A model generated the notes under the pieces. It was not told the DNA's origin and searched no databases. It worked only from the letters and a program-made list of their open reading frames with translations. A program made the position numbers and the translations under genes. Of a stretch of 44,489 nucleotides of DNA, positions 37,017 to 44,489 are shown piece by piece. This DNA comes from a virus. Taxonomy: Duplodnaviria > Caudoviricetes. Positions within the stretch are counted from its first letter, which is position 1; each line of letters starts with the position of its first letter. The DNA lies in IMG/VR virus record IMGVR_UViG_3300028326_000008, positions 1 to 44,489 of that record, one strand, 5' to 3'.

Positions 37017-40000
37017 ATGGTGGAGATTTATAGAAATGGTTCGGTAATAATTGATGTTCATCCCGCCGATGGGGACAAGGTGGTAAAGAAGGTAATGGGA
37101 GAAAACACGCTTTCACTCACCGCCAATCTTGCCAATGCCTTTAACTTTAGCGTGGGTGATTACCTGTTTTTTGATGGTGAGCGTTACACGCTAAATGTGA
37201 TTCCAAAGCTTAAAAAATCAGCCTCCAACCTCTTCTCCTATGACCTCATTTTTGAGGGTATTGAGTATGAGCTACGAAAGGCTAGGTTTCTATTTTATAC
37301 CCAAAATTTGGATTACGTTGGAGGTGCTGACTTTTCATTAATGGGTGACGCAGCCCTTTTTGCCAGGATTATTGTAGAGAATCTAAATCGGGTCCAAACC
37401 GGTTGGAGCGTTGGGGAAACAATAACCTCCGAGGCAAAGAACTTAACCTTTTCTAATAACTCCTGCTTGGAGGCAATAACCAGCGTTGTTAATGCCTTCG
37501 AAACGGAGTACTGGGTTGGGCAGGACCAAACAATCAATATCGGGATTAGGGGTGACATTCTTCCAGTAACATTTGAGTATGGTAAGGGTAAGGGCCTTTA
37601 CTCCATAGAGCGAGAAAATGTGTCCAGCTCTGACATTGTTACCAGGCTGTATCCTTTTGGCAGCGATGCAAACTTGCCAAAAGGATACAGGGAAAACGCC
37701 AAAAGGTTGCAAATACCAACATCCTATGTTGAGAAAAATGTAGATAAGTTTGGAGTGATTGAAGGGTCTGAAACCTTTGACGATATTAAACCGGAGCGAA
37801 CCGGTACAGTAACCTCGGTGGGTGATATTTTCACCTTTGCTGATTCTAGCATGGATTTCGACCTAAACGCGAAGGATGAGAATCAAAATACCCTTTACCT
37901 CATCCCGGACACCAAGGCCAAAATTCACTTCCAGACTGGGGATTTAGCGGGCTATGAGTTTGATATTACCTCCTACGACCATGCCACAAAAACATTTATC
38001 GTAGCCAAGTTCACCAACGAGGTGGCCTATGACCTCCCAAACAACACCCTAAAGCCCAAGGTTGGTGATTTCTACATCCTTCTGGATATTTACATGCCAC
38101 AATCGTATGTAGATGCCGCAGAGGCCAAATTGCTTGCTAAGGCACAGGAATTATTGGATCAGAAAAGCGAACCGAATGTGGCCTACAAGGTAGCAGTAGA
38201 TCCTCTTTTTGTTGGAAGAGGTGGTTTTACTTACAAGGCTGGCGACTACGTTGGAATTAAGGATATTCCTTTAACAATTGATAGGAATATTCGGCTTGTA
38301 TCGGTTACTAGGAGCGTTCCACGGCCGAATGAGTATGACTTTGACCTTGCCGACACGGTTGAGCCTTCTCTTACCTCGCTGGTGATTGCTGCGCTGGATA
38401 GAGCTGACCAGGTGCTTCAAATGAACAAGTTGCTTGACCCAGCAAGGGCTAGAAGGAGCTGGCGAACGACGGAGGAGCTGCGAGGGGCTATTTACGATGT
38501 AGATGGCTACTTTGATCCTGAAAATATCAAACCGTTTTCTATTGAAACTAGCATGCTCACGGTTGGGAGCAAGGGAACCCAATTTTATACAGACTGCTAC
38601 TTTCAAGCAAACTACCAAAGCAATAAAAATAGCATAAATGTAGGCAACGGATCATTGGCTCACTTCACAATCGCTGAAACTATCAAAACGTGGGTAATAA
38701 CCGGTATTAGTGAGACATTACCAGATGATAACCTCCGATATATTTACATTACCTGCCAAAAGGATGCCAATGTTGGTCAGGTAACCTTATCTGCTTCCAC
38801 CAAAGGAATTGAGGAGGGAAATTACTATAACTTCTTTGCTGGTGTTCTTTCTTCTGTGATAGATAATGCCAGGCAAATATCCCTGCTTTTTGGTTTTACG
38901 AGCGTCAACGGTCGATTCATTAAGACTGGCCGGGTGCAATCTGCCGACGGCCAAACATACTTTGACCTTGATTCTGGAGAGATTGGGGGCAATATCAAGT
39001 TCAAAAATACATCAGGAAGCTATGAGAGCATTGCTTCCACCGTGAGCAGCATGCAGTCGCAAATTGATGGCACCATTTCATCTTGGTTTTTCGATTACGA
39101 GCCAACGCTCGACAATGTTCCTGCTGTGAATTGGGGCGATGCCCAGGTTATGGAAATTCACCTTGGCGACCTATTCTACTGGACCTCTAAGGGATATGCC
39201 TACCGATTTCAAAAGATTGGGTCCGATTTCTCTTGGGCAAGAATTGCAGACACAGACATAACCTTAGCCTTAGCTAACGCTGCAGCGGCACAAGCAGCGG
39301 CTAACACTGCCAATGCGCTGTTATCCGATATTGCTAGCGATAGCAAACTGACTCCAAATGAAAAACAGGCAATAAAGAAGGAGTGGGACATTATTCAAGC
39401 AGAGTTTGCAGGAGTGGAGGCGGCGGCAGATAACCTTAGCCTTGGCTACGATGACTACGACGATGCTTACTATGCGCTGAGTGCCTACATAACCCCATTG
39501 CTGGCCAATATGACAACAACTAGCACGATTGATTCGGCAACGTTCAACGGCATTTTCTCGACTTACTACATGCAGAAGCTTAATTTGCTCAATACAATTA
39601 GTGCAACCATTAACCTGACTGCCAGAGCTGCGTTAAATCAAGCCAATGCTGTTTTTCCTAAAGATGATGGACTAATGGCCCACTGGAGCTTCGACAACGA
39701 TCCGATTATTCCGGACGGTTCAACTCCTACTTACCAGAGTGTTAAAGATTGGGTTAATGGGGTTGATGGATGGAATGGTAGTAGCTCTATGATATCAGTT
39801 GAAAATAACGCATTAAAATCTAGTAACTCAATTAATGCCAATGGTGCTGTAATTATTCGAGATTGGAGTGAAATATTTAGAGGTAAATCACTAATTATCA
39901 AAGTAAGAAGCAAGAATCCTATATTCAATTCCTGTTATTATACAGGAACTTCAATCGTTATTGCTGACAATCCTGTAGTTATCGATCAATATAATTGGTT

Positions 40001-42188
40001 AGTTCGCTTTGACAATATACAGGTAGATGGCTTCCCTTATTTGTATATTTATCTGAATAATGGTGCTGTTGGACAAACAGCATGGTTTGATCTTATCTGG
40101 ATTGGCAATATTTCGTTTGCTAGCGAAGTTCGGGACAATTCAGGCAACGGAAATACTTTATCTACGGCCAATGGTAGCATAGCAGTACCTACCGGAGTGA
40201 GTGGAAATTCTCGGCGTTTCAATGGTACAGAATACCTTTCAACAGACTCTACTAAATTCAGACTTCCTGCATTTTCATTTTCCGTCTGGTTTAACTCTCC
40301 TGGGATGGCTGCAGGTCAAACAGAGGGTGGGATGTTTACGTTAACTTCATACTGTAGGTTGGTCATTAATTCTATTGGGAAAGTGGTATTTTATTTGTGG
40401 AGCGGTTCATCTTGGAAAAGTATTACCACTACAATTACTTTGTTTAATGGCTGGCACCATGCAGTAGGTGTGTTTGACGGTTCAACTATGTATTTATATG
40501 TAGATGGTGTTATAATAGGCAGTTTAGCTACAACAATTGTATACAGTAATTCACTGCTATATATTGGTTGGGATGCTAATAATGTGGCCTATCACTTCAA
40601 TGGCATGCTCGACGAAATAAGATTCTACAGCCGTGCATTGAATTCCAATGAGATATTGGGCCTTTATAAGTATATCACGAAGGGAAAGGCTACCGCGATA
40701 GATCTGGAGGCTTCCTACCTAAAGAAAGCATTTTCTGAAGATACAAGTATTACCGGAGGTCTTGTTGCTACCACTCTGCTGAAGGTGGGGGCAACAAACT
40801 CTAACGGAGATTGGACCGAGCAGGCCGGAATTAATGGTGCAGGCACCGGAGCAGACACTCCGCGCGTTTACGCGGGTGGAACTCTTCAAGATGCAATTGA
40901 CTTAGTTGCTGGTGATGAAAAGCAGATGGCGGTTATAACTGATGATGGTAGACTATTTGCAACGGCTGGAATGATAGGTGGCTTCAATATTGCTCAGTCA
41001 GGAATTGATAAAGAGCAAACAATAACGGATGATGGAGATGCTTATACCGGTGCATTTGAATTAGACTGGGTGCAGCAGGTATTAAGGTTCCTTCGAGATG
41101 GCGCCAATAAGGTAAAGATTTCTGCAAAAAAATTACTTACAGGAATACCTTCTCCTTTTAATCAATCGGTATCGTCAGGCTTATGGAAAAATCAGATAAC
41201 AACATCTGCTACTACAACGCTATCAACGGTCTATACGTTAGCACCGGCAAACTACAGTCTTAACTTGAATTACAGCTATTCGATAAACCACAACAACTAT
41301 CTCGTAGGTCAGTATGCAGGCGGTGGGATTATTGAGAGTGTGAATTTAATTGCAAACTTTTCAATAACAATTAAAGTATGGAAGGTAGACTCATCTGGAA
41401 ACAAGCTATCGGTTATCGCATCACAAACGCACTATCGTTATATTAATGCATTGGGAAATACATTTGAACGAATTATTACGCAAACAGGATCAAAGTCAAT
41501 TGATTTTAACTTGCAAAATTCGACAAACATTGCATTTGAAGTTATTGTTGTAGGGGTAGATAACTCCTCCTACAGCTGGAGTAGCGATACAAAATTTGGA
41601 ACCGTTTTAGTAACATTCGATAAGTATTATCTAAATACATCCGCAACTTACGTTGGCAATTCTGAATTTTTAGAAATAGGCTATAGCGGGATAAAAATTA
41701 ATACTATAGGACAGTATTTTATCTATAATTTTATAGAAGCTGCTTGGCAATGGATGGTCCGCGCTAATGCTTACTTTCTTAGCAAAGGAGGGAATACTTC
41801 CGTTTACCTAGATGATGCTTCTTTCAGAGCAAGCAGAACAACTCTTCAGGGCATCGTTCTTAATATTGTCAATAAGACAAGCAACTATGCAATCAGCACT
41901 TCTGCTGCCGATAAGGCATTGGCCGGTATAAAGGTAGTAAACCCCGGCGCAGACATTACCATAACGCTTCCTGATCTAAATGCTTACGAAACGGTAAATG
42001 GTGTAACAACCTATTACAACGATAATAGGGCAATTTGGGTCCTTGCTACGACACGCAATGTTGTTGTTTATCCATCTGGTTCTCAGAAAATAAGGAATAC
42101 AACAGGAGTAACAATTTCTCAAAATACAGGGTTTTTATTCATTGGAGACAGAGCAAGTTTAAACTGGATGATTGTGGGGGTAGGATAA
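37017..42188 (+). CDS. Tail tip/hub and receptor-binding protein with a LamG domain
   Basis: YGKGKGLY, TRLYPFGS hub motifs; LamG WHHAVGVFDG, LYVDG, FNGMLDEIRFY. Confidence 0.88.
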   Translation: MVEIYRNGSVIIDVHPADGDKVVKKVMGENTLSLTANLANAFNFSVGDYLFFDGERYTLNVIPKLKKSASNLFSYDLIFEGIEYELRKARFLFYTQNLDYVGGADFSLMGDAALFARIIVENLNRVQTGWSVGETITSEAKNLTFSNNSCLEAITSVVNAFETEYWVGQDQTINIGIRGDILPVTFEYGKGKGLYSIERENVSSSDIVTRLYPFGSDANLPKGYRENAKRLQIPTSYVEKNVDKFGVIEGSETFDDIKPERTGTVTSVGDIFTFADSSMDFDLNAKDENQNTLYLIPDTKAKIHFQTGDLAGYEFDITSYDHATKTFIVAKFTNEVAYDLPNNTLKPKVGDFYILLDIYMPQSYVDAAEAKLLAKAQELLDQKSEPNVAYKVAVDPLFVGRGGFTYKAGDYVGIKDIPLTIDRNIRLVSVTRSVPRPNEYDFDLADTVEPSLTSLVIAALDRADQVLQMNKLLDPARARRSWRTTEELRGAIYDVDGYFDPENIKPFSIETSMLTVGSKGTQFYTDCYFQANYQSNKNSINVGNGSLAHFTIAETIKTWVITGISETLPDDNLRYIYITCQKDANVGQVTLSASTKGIEEGNYYNFFAGVLSSVIDNARQISLLFGFTSVNGRFIKTGRVQSADGQTYFDLDSGEIGGNIKFKNTSGSYESIASTVSSMQSQIDGTISSWFFDYEPTLDNVPAVNWGDAQVMEIHLGDLFYWTSKGYAYRFQKIGSDFSWARIADTDITLALANAAAAQAAANTANALLSDIASDSKLTPNEKQAIKKEWDIIQAEFAGVEAAADNLSLGYDDYDDAYYALSAYITPLLANMTTTSTIDSATFNGIFSTYYMQKLNLLNTISATINLTARAALNQANAVFPKDDGLMAHWSFDNDPIIPDGSTPTYQSVKDWVNGVDGWNGSSSMISVENNALKSSNSINANGAVIIRDWSEIFRGKSLIIKVRSKNPIFNSCYYTGTSIVIADNPVVIDQYNWLVRFDNIQVDGFPYLYIYLNNGAVGQTAWFDLIWIGNISFASEVRDNSGNGNTLSTANGSIAVPTGVSGNSRRFNGTEYLSTDSTKFRLPAFSFSVWFNSPGMAAGQTEGGMFTLTSYCRLVINSIGKVVFYLWSGSSWKSITTTITLFNGWHHAVGVFDGSTMYLYVDGVIIGSLATTIVYSNSLLYIGWDANNVAYHFNGMLDEIRFYSRALNSNEILGLYKYITKGKATAIDLEASYLKKAFSEDTSITGGLVATTLLKVGATNSNGDWTEQAGINGAGTGADTPRVYAGGTLQDAIDLVAGDEKQMAVITDDGRLFATAGMIGGFNIAQSGIDKEQTITDDGDAYTGAFELDWVQQVLRFLRDGANKVKISAKKLLTGIPSPFNQSVSSGLWKNQITTSATTTLSTVYTLAPANYSLNLNYSYSINHNNYLVGQYAGGGIIESVNLIANFSITIKVWKVDSSGNKLSVIASQTHYRYINALGNTFERIITQTGSKSIDFNLQNSTNIAFEVIVVGVDNSSYSWSSDTKFGTVLVTFDKYYLNTSATYVGNSEFLEIGYSGIKINTIGQYFIYNFIEAAWQWMVRANAYFLSKGGNTSVYLDDASFRASRTTLQGIVLNIVNKTSNYAISTSAADKALAGIKVVNPGADITITLPDLNAYETVNGVTTYYNDNRAIWVLATTRNVVVYPSGSQKIRNTTGVTISQNTGFLFIGDRASLNWMIVGVG

Positions 42189-42745
42189 TGAAAAATGTTT
42201 TGATTGTTTTGGTTTTGTGCCTGGCCGGGGTGGCCATATATCTATGGATAAGACCATACCCTGTGCCACAGGGAAAAGTGGTAGTTTCAAAAGGATGGTT
42301 GGATAGCTTAAACGCTATTGCCATTCAGCCACCCGAGACGTTAAAAATTGAAACTCCATCTCCACCAGATACGGTCGAGAAACCTATTTACATTCCAGTT
42401 CCTGCATCGGTGGATAGCAACCGAGTGGCCTACCATGATAGCCTGGTTAATTCCCAATTTTCCATGCATGTTTGGGATACAATTCAGAAGGGAACGGGTT
42501 TGATTTTAGCCCGAAAATGGCGATGGAGGCTGTTTGTTCCCGAGAAGATAGAGACAGTTATCACTAAGCCCGTTCCAATGCCATATCCTGTGGAAAAACC
42601 GGTAACAGAGTGGCAATATTTTGGTAAGGCTTGGATCGGAAACGGCCTACAGCTGGAAGGTGGAGCCATCTACAAAGGGAGGTGGATAGTTGGAACTAAG
42701 GCTGGGTTGCACTCAGTAGAAATCGGGGTTGGGATCGTATTTTAG
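42188..42745 (+). CDS. Membrane-anchored protein (spanin candidate)
   Basis: N-terminal TM, Pro-rich linker, C-terminal amphipathic beta strands ending in F. Confidence 0.55.
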   Translation: MKNVLIVLVLCLAGVAIYLWIRPYPVPQGKVVVSKGWLDSLNAIAIQPPETLKIETPSPPDTVEKPIYIPVPASVDSNRVAYHDSLVNSQFSMHVWDTIQKGTGLILARKWRWRLFVPEKIETVITKPVPMPYPVEKPVTEWQYFGKAWIGNGLQLEGGAIYKGRWIVGTKAGLHSVEIGVGIVF

Positions 42746-42994
42746 ATCCTGCTTTTTTTCAACCAAAAAATAGAATTCTCCGTCCTGCCTCTTGTGCTTG
42801 AAATCATATATTACAAGCATGAGAAGTATATCCTTGTATTCGTATGATGTAAATGGTTCTTGGTATTCATTCACCAACTTAATGACCTTGCTGAGGGGGA
42901 TGAATGTAGTATCCTCGTTTTCGAGGTCAGGTCTTTTGTATATAGAAAGGAAGGCCTCGTTAAATCGTTGATCTAACACCTCATGTTCAGTCAT
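42713..42994 (-). CDS. Hypothetical moron protein
   Basis: ORF 42713..43087; likely start ATG 42994 after an A-rich leader. Confidence 0.55.
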   Translation of the reverse strand: MTEHEVLDQRFNEAFLSIYKRPDLENEDTTFIPLSKVIKLVNEYQEPFTSYEYKDILLMLVIYDFKHKRQDGEFYFLVEKKQDLKYDPNPDFY

Positions 42995-43031
42995 ATTTTT
43001 GTTTATATTTGTAATAACACATTCATAAAAA

Positions 43032-43110
43032 TAAAGTTTAGTTTTGTTCGAAGTGTTATTCAAAGCTCCTTTATTAATGCTGAACATGGCTGTTTGAAAG
43101 GCAATTTTAT
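43032..43110 (+). repeat. Imperfect direct repeat, copy 1
   Basis: Exact core TGGCTGTTTGAAAGGCAAT at 43087-43105. Confidence 0.85.
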
Positions 43111-44187
43111 ATGAAACAACTAATTACTTTCATCTATGCAATACTCCTAGGGAGTATCGTATTTGGTCAAAGCATTGAGGCCACGACCAAAACTGGTCAA
43201 AAGATCGTTCTCTACCAAGATAAAACATGGGAGTATTCTGATGTTCTAGCCTTAAAGGAAATAACCCCATATTATGGAGTTGTAGGCCTCAAAAGCCAAG
43301 GAACAGTGCCAAACAATCTGGTCGTTAGCCATACAGATTACATTCTTTCCTACAATCCAAACTATAGGCTTGCTTCATGGGTTTCCTACGAGCTGACCAA
43401 GGAAATGCTTCTTAAGCAACCACGAATTGCCAGGGCTGACAAGTTTACGCGCGACCCAGCCATTCCACAAAATATGTCGGCCATGGATGCTGATTACCGA
43501 AAGTCAGGCTACGACCGTGGCCACCTTTGCCCTGCAGCCGATATGGCACATTCTGAAAAAACTATGGAGGAATCCTTTTACTACTCTAACATGACACCTC
43601 AAAAGCCTGGATTCAACCGAGGCGTGTGGAATAGACTGGAGGATCAGGTGCGAATGTGGGCGCTTGACAATGACAAAATTTATGTTGCTACAGGGCCAGT
43701 GCTCAGTGCTAAGTATGTCACAAAGGAAAAGAGCCTATATGTTCCAAAATACTTTTACAAGGTTCTTTTAGATTACGAAGCACCAGAGGTTAAAGGAATA
43801 GGCTTTATTATCCCTAACGAGAGTTCGAGTGAACCACTAAGCTCTTTCGCTGTCTCCATCGATAGCGTAGAAGCAATGACCGGTATTGATTTCTTTTCTG
43901 CCTTACCGGATAAAGAGGAAAAGATTATTGAATCCGTATGCGATTATAGCCTCTGGGACAAACAGAGCTCATCTGTATACAGCGCTCGACCGCCAGCCTA
44001 TAACAGCACTAGCACCGATGTAACGGCACCCAAAGATTCCACCAGTTCAGGAAAGAGGTGCAAGGCCATAACGAAGGCTGGAACGCAGTGCAAACGAATG
44101 GCTGAACCTGGTAGCGACTATTGCTGGCAGCATAAGCAGATATACGAAAATAAGGACAATACTAAAGTGTTTTTCTTGAAGAGTTAA
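43111..44187 (+). CDS. Secreted DNA/RNA non-specific endonuclease (NucA/EndoG family) with a C-terminal Zn-finger
   Basis: Signal peptide; SGYDRGHL, SNMTPQ, FNRGVW..LE; C-x9-C-x10-C-x2-H tail. Confidence 0.93.
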   Translation: MKQLITFIYAILLGSIVFGQSIEATTKTGQKIVLYQDKTWEYSDVLALKEITPYYGVVGLKSQGTVPNNLVVSHTDYILSYNPNYRLASWVSYELTKEMLLKQPRIARADKFTRDPAIPQNMSAMDADYRKSGYDRGHLCPAADMAHSEKTMEESFYYSNMTPQKPGFNRGVWNRLEDQVRMWALDNDKIYVATGPVLSAKYVTKEKSLYVPKYFYKVLLDYEAPEVKGIGFIIPNESSSEPLSSFAVSIDSVEAMTGIDFFSALPDKEEKIIESVCDYSLWDKQSSSVYSARPPAYNSTSTDVTAPKDSTSSGKRCKAITKAGTQCKRMAEPGSDYCWQHKQIYENKDNTKVFFLKS

Positions 44188-44239
44188 TCAAGGTTCTTTA
44201 ACAAGGTTGAACTTGGCTGTTTGAAAGGCAATATTTTAT
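44163..44239 (+). repeat. Imperfect direct repeat, copy 2
   Basis: Exact core at 44214-44232. Confidence 0.85.
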
Positions 44240-44260
44240 TGGGCAAATCCATTTCTAGTG

Positions 44261-44283
44261 CTCAATCAAAAACTCAATCAAAA
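44261..44283 (+). repeat. Tandem CTCAATCAAAA x2, candidate integrase arm sites
   Basis: Copies at 44261 and 44273, about 90 bp from the att core. Confidence 0.5.
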
Positions 44284-44362
44284 CAGGGGATAATGGGCTG
44301 TTTTTTGACGCTTTTCATTTTATTACAATGCTGTATATCAATACATTATATACTATGGTGCA

Positions 44363-44382
44363 GAGTCTCGTCCTGGGTACCA
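44363..44382 (+). other. att core: duplicated tRNA 3' end (probably tRNA-Leu)
   Basis: GAGTCTCGT-CCTGGGT-ACCA = partial T-arm, acceptor strand and CCA; no 5' half upstream. Confidence 0.7.
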
Positions 44383-44388
44383 TAAATT

Positions 44389-44430
44389 AAAGCTTTGCAG
44401 TTCATTGAATTGCAAGGCTTTTTTGTTTTT
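44389..44430 (+). terminator. Intrinsic terminator after the tRNA remnant
   Basis: AAAGCTTTGCAGTTCA/TGAATTGCAAGGCTTT stem followed by a T-run. Confidence 0.75.
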
Positions 44431-44489
44431 ATGTATGGGCTATTAACATTCAACCCCTCAGGTGTTGAGCCTTAGGACGAAAAATATTT

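Larger units (their letters stand above)
1..44382 (+). mobile_element. Prophage (temperate siphovirus-like, Bacteroidota host); left end outside the window, right end at a tRNA-derived att core
   Basis: Ordered replication, packaging, head, lysis and tail modules; tRNA 3'-end fragment at 44363-44382. Confidence 0.95.

Noticed and set aside
553-42669. Most short minus-strand and alternate-frame ORFs in the track (e.g. 3002..3298, 26346..26747, 32189..32713)
   Set aside because: Shadow ORFs overlapping well-supported plus-strand genes, with no motifs or expression signals
44340-44382. Complete tRNA gene
   Set aside because: Only the 3' 20 nt are tRNA-like; no D arm or anticodon arm upstream
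37017-44489. Diversity-generating retroelement targeting the tail protein
   Set aside because: No reverse transcriptase in the window and no TR/VR pair with adenine-specific mismatches seen by eye
1-44489. Stop-codon reassignment
   Set aside because: Genes are full length and tightly packed under the standard code, and TAA, TAG and TGA all act as stops

Overview
Nearly the whole window is one temperate, siphovirus-type prophage of a Bacteroidota (probably Bacteroidales) host, read mostly on the + strand. The host call rests on TTTG-N19-21-TAnnTTTG promoters, AT-rich leaders without Shine-Dalgarno sequences, and gene content. Gene order: regulator and recombination/replication module (LuxR-HTH, RecT, RecE-like exonuclease, NinG, SNF2 helicase, SSB, initiator with iterons, loader ATPase; ~1-10.5 kb); an accessory operon with its own promoter (MTase-like, PcfK/AcrIIA9-like, PcfJ, radical SAM, DUF550-like, ASCH-like; 10.6-16.4 kb); a minus-strand moron cluster; ParB-MTase, terminase, portal, head, lysis and tail genes (17.6-42.7 kb); a secreted-nuclease moron flanked by direct repeats; and a right attachment site made of a tRNA 3' end (~44.37 kb). 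Integrase and repressor are not in the window and presumably lie to the left. The most unusual signals are a 59-nt anticodon-less tRNA-like element ending in CCA right after the major tail gene, a shared dyad/promoter motif before the portal and scaffold genes, the repeat-flanked nuclease cassette, small promoter-terminator units without ORFs, and a candidate clamp-coupled nucleotide-modification operon. All family assignments come from motifs recognised by eye and from synteny; no searches were run.
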